Virus record (IMG/VR): IMGVR_UViG_3300008255_000161
Location: 1 to 52,858 of that record
Length of the DNA: 52,858 nucleotides
Origin: a virus
Taxonomy: Duplodnaviria; Caudoviricetes
Reading direction: 5' to 3' (one strand)
Positions 40,502 to 49,939 of the stretch are shown piece after piece. The number at the start of each line of letters is the position of its first letter. Position 1 is the first letter of the stretch. The notes beneath the pieces are model-generated. The model was not told the DNA's origin. It saw only the letters and a program-made list of their open reading frames with translations, and did no database searches. The position numbers and the translations under genes are program-made.

Positions 40502-42440
40502 AATTGTCTCCAATCTTGGCCTCACATGCGATGGGCAACCCAGGCGCCCACTGCGGTGCGGTACCCATAATTCTCGCAATGGCGTTTTTTATTTTCACTG
40601 CCAACTGCTCAGGCACAATACCTACTACTTCATCGTGCACGGTGACGGCGAGGCGTATGGTCAACGCCGGGAATTTAATTTGCATCGGCTTTAGCAGCTG
40701 CGCGATCAGTGCCATCTGCTCAAACACTACAATGCGCGCTACGGCCTGGACGATATTCTCGACCAGCTTTCCGCTGTATATTTTAGTTTTAACAAACCCC
40801 CGACCTTTCCACATGTCATAAAAATACTCTTCGCCTTCTCTGCGCAAATTCGGGTAACTTAACCATAGACCATTCGGCAGGAATACGCGCTTTGTTTTGC
40901 CACAAAATTGTATCGGCAGTGGTCCCTCGATGGTGCCGGATTCGCCACGCTCCATTGCTTCGAGTGCACGCCCAGCGGCGTACCAGTACTGCACGATCTT
41001 TTTGTTTTTGGTGCGGTAGACCTTGACGACGTGTTGGGCTTCTTCCAAGGTAATTTGCTTCTTCGCCATGACCCGTACCGCGTCAATAAACCGATCCGGC
41101 CCCATGTAAAAACCCAAGCCCAAAATACCCACCTTACCCATCTGCCGTTCGCTGGGGTTGTCGTCTTTGTTGATGGCGTACCCGTAGATCGCTTCGGCGA
41201 ATAGGGAATATACATCTTCGTCGGCAGCGAAAGCAGCGACAAGATCGGTCTGATCCGCCATGTAGGCTAGTACGCGGGCTTCGATCTGCGCTGCGTCGCA
41301 GGCGATAACCTTGTGCCCCTCCGGTGCTTTTAGTGCCCGCCGCAACGTACCCCCGCGTGGCAGGTTCTGCAGATTGAGCTTTTCCCCGCCCGAACAACGC
41401 CCCGTGTGGGCGCCCCAGTAATTCAGCATAATGGGCAGCCGGCCGGTGCGATCTGCGACGTTAATAAACCGCTCGGTACGCGACTCTTCAATGCTCGATT
41501 TAACATTTAGCCGCGCCGCTACCAAGCTGGATACAATAGGGTTTTCGTGATCGAGTAATTCTTTAAAGGCTTGATCCGTTTTGGCAAATGCCCAGGCTTC
41601 TTTACCGGTGCGCGGGCTGAGTTTTTTAGGTGGCAGCACGCCTGCTAATTCCATCAGTGCCGCGAGGTTGTTGTCAGACATAACGACATCTTTAATCGAC
41701 GCGCCTTTTAAACGCATCTCGACAATTTTCGATACTACCTCCGCCGCTTCAGCGCTGCCACCTTCACTGTGCAGTTGCTCCTTGGCGCATTCAATGACAT
41801 AGCGCAGCGCGTCTTTTTTAGATTCCTTCACTGCTGATAGGTGTTCCTCCAGCAACGGCTTGTCCAGCTCAAAACCAGGGTTAATATACATGCGCAACAG
41901 GCAGTCGATAATTAATAGTTCGCTGCGTGGGAATCCTTCCTTGGCGAGTTTTCTAAATAACTGGTAGGTCAACTCGGTGTCGTTCTTGCAGTACTCGCCA
42001 TACGCCGCGAGTTCGACGGCAGCGAAATCTTTAAGCCGCTTGCCCATCGCTTGCACTACCTCGGTACCTTTGTTACCGATGCCATAATACGCAGCGGTTG
42101 AAGCTAAGCTGCAAGAACGGTGTGCTCCATGGATGGGGCGGGCCATACCTAACGTATCCAAATAAAACATTGGCTCATGCCCATAACGCCAACTTAAAAT
42201 AGCGCCATCGAATGCGGTGTTTTGACACAATAGTTTTGCCTTTGGCCATTCGACTTCGCCTAATATCTGGGGTATGTCCCGCTCCCCCGCCACCCACTGC
42301 GCAGGGTGGTCATCGATTTTTACGCTCACCCCGATTGCTTCGAACAGAGGTGAGTTGATGTACTCCTCCGTGGTTATTTTTGATAAGGAAAAGTCCTTGC
42401 TATAAAAGGTCTCGAAATCCAGTGTGACTAACATACTCAC
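40485..42440 (-). CDS. Family A DNA polymerase with 3'-5' exonuclease
   Basis: LDFET exo I, N..FD, YC.ND; TGR.SG, NLQNLP, D.AQIEARV (motif A), RQMGK...LGLGF (motif B), VHDEV (motif C). Confidence 0.95.
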   Translation of the reverse strand: MSMLVTLDFETFYSKDFSLSKITTEEYINSPLFEAIGVSVKIDDHPAQWVAGERDIPQILGEVEWPKAKLLCQNTAFDGAILSWRYGHEPMFYLDTLGMARPIHGAHRSCSLASTAAYYGIGNKGTEVVQAMGKRLKDFAAVELAAYGEYCKNDTELTYQLFRKLAKEGFPRSELLIIDCLLRMYINPGFELDKPLLEEHLSAVKESKKDALRYVIECAKEQLHSEGGSAEAAEVVSKIVEMRLKGASIKDVVMSDNNLAALMELAGVLPPKKLSPRTGKEAWAFAKTDQAFKELLDHENPIVSSLVAARLNVKSSIEESRTERFINVADRTGRLPIMLNYWGAHTGRCSGGEKLNLQNLPRGGTLRRALKAPEGHKVIACDAAQIEARVLAYMADQTDLVAAFAADEDVYSLFAEAIYGYAINKDDNPSERQMGKVGILGLGFYMGPDRFIDAVRVMAKKQITLEEAQHVVKVYRTKNKKIVQYWYAAGRALEAMERGESGTIEGPLPIQFCGKTKRVFLPNGLWLSYPNLRREGEEYFYDMWKGRGFVKTKIYSGKLVENIVQAVARIVVFEQMALIAQLLKPMQIKFPALTIRLAVTVHDEVVGIVPEQLAVKIKNAIARIMGTAPQWAPGLPIACEAKIGDNYAECK

Positions 42441-42455
42441 CTCAGTTGGGGCCGC

Positions 42456-42692
42456 TCATGCGGAACGGCCCAGTGCTTTGTAAAAAATATCCACGCGGTG
42501 GCGCAGTCGCAGGATGCGGCTGTGGTCAGCTGCCCCGACTGAGAACTCCGGGTACCGCAGGTGCAACGCGCACAGACTCAGTACCAGCTCTGTGTCATTG
42601 TGCAGCTCAGGTGTCACCGCCCCTTGGTCCATGATGCGGATTGCCTCGTGGACCAATCGAACCATTTCAACGGTTTTGTGGACGTGGAACAT
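42456..42692 (-). CDS. Hypothetical protein (78 aa)
   Basis: ATG at 42692 immediately after the vWA gene stop and GGAG. Confidence 0.5.
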   Translation of the reverse strand: MFHVHKTVEMVRLVHEAIRIMDQGAVTPELHNDTELVLSLCALHLRYPEFSVGAADHSRILRLRHRVDIFYKALGRSA

Positions 42693-42696
42693 ACAG

Positions 42697-43842
42697 TTAC
42701 TCCAGGGTATAAGGGATGACGACGCCGAACTGTGCGTCATGTGATCCCGTGGATACCCAGAGGGTTTCGTACGGCGGGGCTTTGAAGTTGGTGTCGCCGT
42801 GTAAGTCGGTCAGGTACACCAACACGTCAGGAGAAATCCCCTGTTCTTCTACCCATTGGAACACCGGCCTGAACGCCGTACCACCACCGCCAACACAGTG
42901 CATCTCCAAGTCGTCCGCCGCTTCGAATTCGTCCACGCGATTCACTGCCGCATCGCAGTAAACCACATAAACTTTCTCTGGGCGACAATCTTCGAGGATG
43001 CGCTTGACGTGCCCGCCGAAGTGCTTGAGTTCATCTGGACCGATAGATCCAGAGGTGTCGACGCCGATCACCACGGTGCCCATTTCGGGCACGTAATTCT
43101 TCCCAGGTAAGTACATACCCAGGGCGCGGTAGCGCTTGTTGGGGCGTGACCAGCTCAGGTCGTCCAGACGGAAGCTGTGCATGTAACGCTCCAGGATGGA
43201 GTGCCACGGCGTGACGACGTTGACCAGCTGATCGACGAAGCGCTCCAACGCCGCCGGCATCTTGCCCATCATCTTGGCCGCACGGCGAGCTTGGGCAGCG
43301 TCGAGCTTGGCTTGGGCTTCAATAGCCCCTGCCTGTTCCGAGGTCATCGGTGGCGAGGCTTTGCCGTCTTTACCAGCACCTTCGCCGGGTAAGATATCGC
43401 CTGCCAGGGTATGCTCGCCAGGGCCACCGCCACCCTCGGGTGACTCTGGCATGTGGGCATAGACGTCCTCAGCGTTACGCTTCTCGGCACCGGGTAGCTC
43501 CACACCTTCGGGGATAAACTCTCCGACGTTGGCTTGCTTCAAGATCTCGTTGATAACGGCATCCGTGGCCCAGTTCCATTTCTTGGCATCCCGTGGCCCA
43601 AGACGCAGGAAGTGGCAGGACAGGTAGTGCATGGCTTCGTGGGCCATGAGGAACACCCCCTGCTCGACGCTCAGCTTGCAGAAGAACGCCGGGTTGATGT
43701 AGATGGTGCCGGTAGGCGAGATGCCCGCCGTGGGTAAGTCCTGCGTCCAGCGCAGCTCCTTGCGGAGCATCACGGAGGCAAAGAACGGATAATCCACAAC
43801 AAGGCGCGTACGCACCTTGGCTAATAGCTTTAAGTGGTCCAT
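42697..43842 (-). CDS. HExxH metallopeptidase + vWA domain protein (DUF2201-like)
   Basis: HEAMH, WN.A.D..IN; MIDAS DTSGS, GGGT.F, LTD. Confidence 0.9.
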   Translation of the reverse strand: MDHLKLLAKVRTRLVVDYPFFASVMLRKELRWTQDLPTAGISPTGTIYINPAFFCKLSVEQGVFLMAHEAMHYLSCHFLRLGPRDAKKWNWATDAVINEILKQANVGEFIPEGVELPGAEKRNAEDVYAHMPESPEGGGGPGEHTLAGDILPGEGAGKDGKASPPMTSEQAGAIEAQAKLDAAQARRAAKMMGKMPAALERFVDQLVNVVTPWHSILERYMHSFRLDDLSWSRPNKRYRALGMYLPGKNYVPEMGTVVIGVDTSGSIGPDELKHFGGHVKRILEDCRPEKVYVVYCDAAVNRVDEFEAADDLEMHCVGGGGTAFRPVFQWVEEQGISPDVLVYLTDLHGDTNFKAPPYETLWVSTGSHDAQFGVVIPYTLE

Positions 43843-43866
43843 GGTGTTCTCCTGTGGGGTACTACA

Positions 43867-43895
43867 ATGTTAAATGTTTAACAGTATTATGGCAA
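43867..43895 (-). promoter_or_regulatory. sigma70-type promoter overlapped by a palindromic operator
   Basis: Minus strand TTGCCA-17 bp-TAACAT; inverted repeat TGTTAAA-N2-TTTAACA at 43868-43883. Confidence 0.6.
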
Positions 43896-43896
43896 G

Positions 43897-44712
43897 TTAG
43901 AATGTTAGATAGGGTAGCTGAATCGGTGCTTTTTTCATCTCCACCAAGACGTTTTTCGCAGCCTTCATGAGCTGCTTTGCATCGAAGTGTAGGTTAAGTC
44001 CTGCGGGGTTCAGTAGTGTAAGGGATAACAACGGGTCGAACGGAACTCCCTCTGTGCGGTGCGCCGCCCACTCCTTTATGTCACGGCCTTCGTCATGCAG
44101 GGCGAGCAGTTTGCGTAGCGCGACCACTAGCGGGTGCCTTACGTCGTGGGGTGAATACACGTACCCTGTCCCAGTCGCATTGTGGACATCATTGGCTTTG
44201 ATAACGCCAAGTTTTATCATTGGCGCCATGAAGTTCTCCAGCTGCTTCAGCCATCGCTTTACCGATGCGGCTGTCTCTGCATCCGCTACTCGCAGGTTCC
44301 AAGGCTCTGCGTTGTTGGGGTCCGCCTCCCGTGGCGACCACTCCATGGTATGGGTACTGAACTTGTAAGCGCGACGGCGATGGTGGTCCAGAACGATGCC
44401 GCGTCCGCCGATGTCCTCCGCCACCCAGGTTTTCTTTAAGGGTTTTTTGGTGTAGGGGTGGCGGAAGTCAGGGCAGTCTTTTGCCAACGCTGACTTTATT
44501 GCTGTCTCCAGGCCCAGCGCTTTGTACTCTGCGCACTCTTCGCGCCCTGGCGTACTGAGCGTTACCCGACCATTGGCCCACACCGACGCGCCCCTATAAC
44601 GCAGCACGCGCATGTCCTTGCTGGTGCAGAAGTCCCTACGCCACTTACTGCCGGGGCCGTGGAGACCACGATTAGCCTTGGCCCAGGCCGTCATAAAATC
44701 AATCGGAGTCAT
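43897..44712 (-). CDS. Hypothetical protein (271 aa)
   Basis: Strong RBS AGGAGGAGG; intact ORF in the operon. Confidence 0.7.
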   Translation of the reverse strand: MTPIDFMTAWAKANRGLHGPGSKWRRDFCTSKDMRVLRYRGASVWANGRVTLSTPGREECAEYKALGLETAIKSALAKDCPDFRHPYTKKPLKKTWVAEDIGGRGIVLDHHRRRAYKFSTHTMEWSPREADPNNAEPWNLRVADAETAASVKRWLKQLENFMAPMIKLGVIKANDVHNATGTGYVYSPHDVRHPLVVALRKLLALHDEGRDIKEWAAHRTEGVPFDPLLSLTLLNPAGLNLHFDAKQLMKAAKNVLVEMKKAPIQLPYLTF

Positions 44713-45067
44713 GACCTCCTCCTGTGGTTAAGTGTTTGAATCGAACCGCGTCATACAACGACGGGCCGTCACTGATGAGCACCCAGCTGCGCATCTCATG
44801 CAGTAGTCTGCGAACCTCTTTAGCAGACCCTGCTTCGGAGTAGTTCTTCATCGCGGCTTGGAGTAGGCGGTCCCTGGCGAGGCGTGAGCGATCTACGGGG
44901 CGGAAGTCCTCCGCGATACCCACCCCGCCTCCGGTAGTGAAGGGGCATCCGTGCCCACCCCCTCTGGCTTCTGGGGGTCGCGTGTGCATCCTATTTTGGT
45001 AGAATGTATAAATCCGCATGGCGTAAAGCCCAGGCACCGCCCAGCGTGGTCTAGGCTGGCTGAACAT
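44699..45067 (-). CDS. Small protein with Gly-rich core and degenerate array motif (LYDAVRFKHLT)
   Basis: GGGHGCPFTTGGGVG; TAATG coupling to the upstream gene. Confidence 0.6.
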   Translation of the reverse strand: MFSQPRPRWAVPGLYAMRIYTFYQNRMHTRPPEARGGGHGCPFTTGGGVGIAEDFRPVDRSRLARDRLLQAAMKNYSEAGSAKEVRRLLHEMRSWVLISDGPSLYDAVRFKHLTTGGGHDSD

Positions 45068-45963
45068 TACCCACCTCCACCGAACATACTCACTAGGTCA
45101 TTGACCAACGCCTCCGCACTCTGAGCAGTGGTTTGCCGTGCACCGATGGAGGCTCGCAAGGCGGCAGGTGCGGGCAGGTTCTGCGCCAGCTTGTTGACCT
45201 TCTCGACCATCCTGGCCAGCATCGGGTCGTTGCTCAGCCCTACTAGCCCCGCCATACGCTGCGCGGCGTCCTGTATGTTACTCACTAACGAATCCCGGAA
45301 CGTCCCGCCAGCTTCCCCCGGTTGTTTACTCAGGCGCTCCACGGCCACTTGCAGTGGATCCAGGAGTTGGCTGACGATGTGCTGCTGCGCAGCGGCGATA
45401 CGTTCCTGCACCGCGTCTTCCAAGGCTTCCTTGACCTCGGGGTCGACGTCGATACGGAAGTCGCCCGCCGCAGGGATGGGTTGGAAGATGAACTTATGCG
45501 ACCAGCATTCGCCCATCTTTTCTACACGGGGGTAGTCGGTTGCGTTGAATAGCGGCCCCAGGATCTTGGCGTCGTAGTTCACTTCGTGCTGGTAGTGGTG
45601 CAAGAAGTCCTCCAAGGCGTTCTGACAGTTCCTGGCCAGTGCCCGAGTGGCAGCGGTAAAGTCAAAATACGCAGGGCTGGGCAGCATCCGTGCCCCTCGG
45701 TCCTCCCACGGTAGGGTATGACCGATGTGGTACTCGTATAACGCACGGTACGCCTCCACCAGCACGTGGAAGCGGTGCGACTCTGAGAACAGCTTCTTGC
45801 GAAACCGCCCTTTGCCCTTGACGTTGGTTGCGTTCGCCACCAGATCGGTAGCCGACTTGTCGGTCTGCTGCCCGTTGAAGGTGGTGCGGCGTAGTGTCAC
45901 CAGCATGGCCTTATCGGCCAATGAACTGCTGGGTAATTGATTAAGCGTTGCGACGGATTTCAT
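45067..45963 (-). CDS. Helical protein (DUF3150-like) typically neighbouring phage AAA/vWA modules
   Basis: AMLVTL...KKLF...HTLPW...G.RMLP...F...DYP...DFR...FRDSLV.N. Confidence 0.6.
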   Translation of the reverse strand: MKSVATLNQLPSSSLADKAMLVTLRRTTFNGQQTDKSATDLVANATNVKGKGRFRKKLFSESHRFHVLVEAYRALYEYHIGHTLPWEDRGARMLPSPAYFDFTAATRALARNCQNALEDFLHHYQHEVNYDAKILGPLFNATDYPRVEKMGECWSHKFIFQPIPAAGDFRIDVDPEVKEALEDAVQERIAAAQQHIVSQLLDPLQVAVERLSKQPGEAGGTFRDSLVSNIQDAAQRMAGLVGLSNDPMLARMVEKVNKLAQNLPAPAALRASIGARQTTAQSAEALVNDLVSMFGGGG

Positions 45964-46749
45964 CTAAACTCTCCAGGGTTTTGGTGTGTTCTTTGAAGTC
46001 TAGGACGCGGAGTCCTGACCAGCTGAGCAATCCTGGCCCTTTGGGTTCCCAACGCAGCACAGACCAGCGGCGTAGCCGGTCCTGCCACTGCCCCGTCCTG
46101 GGGTGATCAAGTAAGTCAGGGTACAGGTCGGGGTCCACTGACTGCCCCGGCTTCCAATCCCCCATGATGGCCAGCAGATCCTTATAGGCGTCTTCTGGGT
46201 TCTCCACCCGGTGCGTCTGCCAGCTGCCGTCGATAGCCACCAGGGCCGGGTCATTCAGCAGCTTGGCGGACACCCGCAGTTGGGTCTGCAGGGTGCGCAT
46301 GAAGGACGAGACACGCGGCGTTACCCACTTGCGCCCCGGCCCCCACAAGTAACCCAGCTCTTCGGGCGTGGTGGTCCAGGTGTTAGTATCTCGGACCTGT
46401 TGGAACACAATGCCATTGCACGGCTCAGGCAGTATGAATGTCGTGCCACTGCTGTACAGGTACTGCTTTCCATCGTTGGTGCCGAGACCCAGCCCAGCGG
46501 GTAGAGTCTCGTTCAGCCGCATGTGGGTCGTCTTGGAGTTATACGGCTCGATAACAACCGCACCGACATCTTGCACGCCACCAGTTCTTTACCATCGAAG
46601 TCCTTTGTTAGTCGTACGTTGAAGGTGTCCGGGTTCCGCCTGTCGCGGCTCCACGGGATGATGTTCGAACCTCTCCCCCGAATAGGGGGAGTTGTCAGTA
46701 CGAACTGCTTCGCCTCGGCGAAATTGCGAAACCGTACTAAGTCTGGCAT
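45941..46749 (-). pseudogene. Single ~270-aa gene apparently split by a frameshift near 46570
   Basis: ORF 46513-46749 (coupled to the ATPase stop) and ORF 45941-46576 overlap in different frames; the total span of 809 nt is 3n+2. Confidence 0.5.
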
Positions 46750-47765
46750 TACGCAAATACCTCGCCGTTCTCAATCGCCCAATCAGTGAATGCCTTGGTG
46801 CTGGTGATTTTGGGATGACGCTGCAACGCATCGTTAACGAACATGGTGGAGAACTCGATCGGTGCCCGCGTCATGAACTTCATCAGCGAGGCAAAGTTAT
46901 CGGTCGATGCGCGGTAAGCCAGCGCCGAGGCACACGCGAACAACACGGCGGGCTCGGCCGGGACTTCGATACCCTGCGGGTTGAGCAGGATGGCATCGAT
47001 GTTCGGCATCCGTGCGGCCATGTCGCGGAACGCGGTGTACTCCACCGCTGCCGCCTCGCCGACCAAGCCCATGACATCCGTGAAGAACAACTCCTTGGGT
47101 AGGGCAGGGTCACACGAATCGCTAACCATCTCCCAGCTCCGGCAAGTGGGGTTAGAGCGGCGGTCCGCTTCAAAGTCCTGCAGCATGTCAGGACGAAGGC
47201 GCAGAAACGCCACCAATAACGGATCGATATCTGCACCCAGCGCCCACTTACAGAAGTCATCGATGTTGGCCTCCAGGTCGATGAACTTAACCCGGTTGCC
47301 CAGCTGGCTGACGATACGGTTAGCGCCGGCCTTGTCTGAGGTGCGGTTGCCGGTGGCGATCTGCATCACTTGGTCATCGATGCGCAGCGGGCCTAGTACG
47401 CGGTCCAACAGGGCGCCAGCGATGGCGTTCTGCATCTGTGTGATAGCCTGGGGTAGTTCGTCCCAGATGATTAACCCAGGGCCAGTGCCCTTACGGAAGT
47501 TATATAACTCTTCCGGCGAGGCCCACACAGTGGTGCGGGTGCCTTCGGGTGTGGTCAAGAAATCAGGCGCCCCCATTAAATCGACTGGATCGCGCAGTGA
47601 CGGACGAAACAGCAGGGTGCGCTTCTCGGGGATGTTGAACTTCTTACCAATGTCGAAGCACAACGAGGTCTTGGCCACACCCGGCTCGCCGATCAAAAAT
47701 ACCGGCTGCTTAGGCGCACGGGTCAGGGTTGAGACAATGATTTGCTTTGCACTTGAATAACGCAT
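46749..47765 (-). CDS. MoxR-like AAA+ ATPase
   Basis: Walker A GEPGVAKT, DLMGAP, Walker B IIWDE, ATGNR, arginine finger NR, PTCRSWE; ATG at 47765 after CAGGAG. Confidence 0.9.
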   Translation of the reverse strand: MRYSSAKQIIVSTLTRAPKQPVFLIGEPGVAKTSLCFDIGKKFNIPEKRTLLFRPSLRDPVDLMGAPDFLTTPEGTRTTVWASPEELYNFRKGTGPGLIIWDELPQAITQMQNAIAGALLDRVLGPLRIDDQVMQIATGNRTSDKAGANRIVSQLGNRVKFIDLEANIDDFCKWALGADIDPLLVAFLRLRPDMLQDFEADRRSNPTCRSWEMVSDSCDPALPKELFFTDVMGLVGEAAAVEYTAFRDMAARMPNIDAILLNPQGIEVPAEPAVLFACASALAYRASTDNFASLMKFMTRAPIEFSTMFVNDALQRHPKITSTKAFTDWAIENGEVFA

Positions 47766-47788
47766 GGTGGAACTCCTGTGGGTTTTGT

Positions 47789-47995
47789 TTATTGACGTAA
47801 TAGTTTTAATTCGACGCTCTCTGTGGTGTTGTGAGCTTCGACGCTGAGCATCAGTGGCCATCGAAACTCGGGTTTGTTTGTTCTATAGCTAAATATGCCT
47901 AGAGTTACGTCACGAGCTTGTGGGCGGCGGACGTTATACTTTACGCTGTATGTCTGCATCAGCCTGCAATCAAGGTTAATCTGTATCGGGTGCAT
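47789..47995 (-). CDS. Small array protein ending SVELKLLRQ
   Basis: C-terminal array motif; start overlaps the previous member. Confidence 0.65.
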   Translation of the reverse strand: MHPIQINLDCRLMQTYSVKYNVRRPQARDVTLGIFSYRTNKPEFRWPLMLSVEAHNTTESVELKLLRQ

Positions 47996-48263
47996 GACGT
48001 AGCCCCTTCAGCTCGATTGCAGGTTGTATTCCTCGGGACGCTAAATGGATGTAGGTGTTGCGCACTATGTAGTGGGCGTTATTCCTTCCTCCTCTGCCGT
48101 TGCCATTGGTAGCCCCGCACGCATAGCCGCACCCGCGTTCTTCCCCTCTCCCGCCGTTGGGCTTAGGCTTGAACCCTGCCGCTACAGTGCTGCACGCGAG
48201 GCGGCGCTGAGCCCCGGCATCACCTGCAGCTAAGCCGTTTATGGTTCCTACGTTGTAATTCAT
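47976..48263 (-). CDS. Gly-rich small array protein (AIELKGLR)
   Basis: GCGYACGATNGNGRGG core; ATGA coupling. Confidence 0.75.
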   Translation of the reverse strand: MNYNVGTINGLAAGDAGAQRRLACSTVAAGFKPKPNGGRGEERGCGYACGATNGNGRGGRNNAHYIVRNTYIHLASRGIQPAIELKGLRHAPDTD

Positions 48264-48463
48264 ACCCGTAGCCTCGCGTGTTCGACTGCAGCGCGGATAT
48301 CACGTGGCGCACCGAGAGTGTCGTTCGTTACGAATTCGTATAGTTGGTTATCGAAGTCTGGGGGCTTCAGACCAAGCATACTCACATAGCCCCTCCCGTC
48401 GCCGTTAGAGAATCCATACCCAGGAGCCCTGATGTTCCAGTATTCCATACAGAATATACTCAC
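48260..48463 (-). CDS. Gly-rich small array protein (AVEHARLRV*)
   Basis: GYGFSNGDGRG core; GTGA coupling. Confidence 0.75.
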   Translation of the reverse strand: MSIFCMEYWNIRAPGYGFSNGDGRGYVSMLGLKPPDFDNQLYEFVTNDTLGAPRDIRAAVEHARLRV

Positions 48464-48723
48464 GATCTTAACCCCGCTAACTCGATTGCATCCTGCAGGG
48501 GGCGCAGGGACCAGAGAACATAGGCACGGTCGCTGTAGTTGTCAGTAACACTCTCTCCTGCGCCGTTAACATCGGGGCCGTGGGTACCGCAACCCCGCCC
48601 ACCGCCCCGGTTGGGTAAGTTAAGACGAAAGTCAGGCAATCCGCAGCCGTAGGGTACAGGGCTGCCGAATCCACCGCCTCGCTCCTTAGTCCACGTACGG
48701 ACAGCTGGTGTGGGTTCTCTCAT
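48460..48723 (-). CDS. Gly-rich small array protein (AIELAGLRS*)
   Basis: GGGFG..YGCG..GGGRGCG core; ATGA coupling. Confidence 0.75.
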   Translation of the reverse strand: MREPTPAVRTWTKERGGGFGSPVPYGCGLPDFRLNLPNRGGGRGCGTHGPDVNGAGESVTDNYSDRAYVLWSLRPLQDAIELAGLRS

Positions 48724-48923
48724 ATCCGTAGCCTCGTCAGTTCAACAGCATAACGCACGCAACGTAGCGTAGTGATGTGGTCCGGGATGTCGGCGATGCT
48801 GTCGTCCTCTGGATCGTAACCAGCACCGCGTACCAGCCTAGCCACACTGTACGTTCTGTTCCCGCCTTTTGCGTCGCCGTGGAGATCACCGTCGCCGAAA
48901 AGATGAGTGTAATAGTCGTTCAT
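48720..48923 (-). CDS. Gly-rich small array protein (AVELTRLRI*)
   Basis: ATG at 48923 overlaps the upstream stop; FGDGDLHGDAKGG core. Confidence 0.75.
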   Translation of the reverse strand: MNDYYTHLFGDGDLHGDAKGGNRTYSVARLVRGAGYDPEDDSIADIPDHITTLRCVRYAVELTRLRI

Positions 48924-49156
48924 ACCCGTAGCATCGCTAACTCGATTGCTTCTTGAAGGTGGCGCCAAGAGGCGAAGACGTACTTCCCATCCATGCGACT
49001 TCGTCCGTCCCCGGTGTCCTTACTCTGGTCGCCGCCGTTACCGAACCCACCGCCGCTTCTGCTATTCGGGCTACCTCCCCCGTTACCGTGCGTGGTACCG
49101 AAAACAGGAGATCCGTAGCCGTTAGCATTTCCGAATCCAAAACTGTTTGTCTTCAT
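48920..49156 (-). CDS. Gly-rich small array protein (AIELAMLRV*)
   Basis: FGFGNANGYG...HGNGGG...GGGFGNGG. Confidence 0.78.
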   Translation of the reverse strand: MKTNSFGFGNANGYGSPVFGTTHGNGGGSPNSRSGGGFGNGGDQSKDTGDGRSRMDGKYVFASWRHLQEAIELAMLRV

Positions 49157-49361
49157 GCCCGTAGCCTCGCAAGTTCAACGGCGCTAACAACCCCCCGCCG
49201 CGACCCCAGTAGCCGGTACACCCTGGCTTCCAGGGTTTGCCGGGAGGCAAGTAAGTCGTACAAGGATGCGCCGGTACCGTTGCCGAGCAGATCGGTACCC
49301 GCAGCCCTGGAGAAGGAGAGCCACGACCATTACCGTTACCGTCCGCCCAATGGCCCCTCAT
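49153..49361 (-). pseudogene. Frameshifted array member (MRGHWADGNGNGRGS / ...GNGTG...AVELARLRA*)
   Basis: Start and Gly-rich N-terminus in one frame, motif and TGA (49153-49155) in another; span of 209 nt is 3n+2. Confidence 0.65.
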
Positions 49362-49939
49362 TACTGAGGCCACTTATCGATGCAGGCATCCGTGATGTCC
49401 ATGTTGAACAGGATACGCGCCGAGGGGATGATGCTCTCCCCTAACGGATCAAGCACGGTGCCTGACTTCGGACCCTCCATAGCAATCTCACCCAGGCCCC
49501 ACTCGGTACCCCAGGTGCGGATAACGTGGCCGTTGTGCACGATGGTTTCTTGCACCCCGATGTTGCTGACGTTCTCCACCGGCTCGCCTTCCAATACCCA
49601 GCCCGCTTCTACCACGAAGATCTGCTTAGCAGAACGCGGCGCATCGGGCTCAATGTCGTGGCGCTTGGCTTTAGTCGGCCACCAGCCTGTTTTGTGCGTG
49701 ACGTTGAGGTCGAAGATAACCTTATCCCTGCTGACTAAGGTGCGGGGGATCGGGTCCAGTGCGGTGTCACCAGTGGGGCCTGACAACGCCAGTTGGCCGA
49801 TACCACGAGTAGTGCCCCAGTTACGAACAACATTGCCGTTGTTCACAATCATGTGGGTTTTAGTGTAGGTGATGTGCCCCACCAGTACCCAGCCCGCGTC
49901 GATGATCAGTATGCGTAGAGGATTGTTAGATGCTTTCAT
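49361..49939 (-). CDS. Protein of two tandem GW..G / R.WGT..G.G..A..GP domains (resembles DUF6948-type phage domain)
   Basis: AGWVLVG...NGNVVRNWGTTRGIGQLALSGP...LDP repeated as AGWVLEG...NGHVIRTWGTEWGLGEIAMEGP...LDP. Confidence 0.8.
   Translation of the reverse strand: MKASNNPLRILIIDAGWVLVGHITYTKTHMIVNNGNVVRNWGTTRGIGQLALSGPTGDTALDPIPRTLVSRDKVIFDLNVTHKTGWWPTKAKRHDIEPDAPRSAKQIFVVEAGWVLEGEPVENVSNIGVQETIVHNGHVIRTWGTEWGLGEIAMEGPKSGTVLDPLGESIIPSARILFNMDITDACIDKWPQ

Noticed and set aside
47766-47861. N-terminal extension of the AAA+ ATPase given by the ORF track
   Set aside because: It overlaps the tagged gene 47789-47995, and a strong RBS precedes ATG 47765
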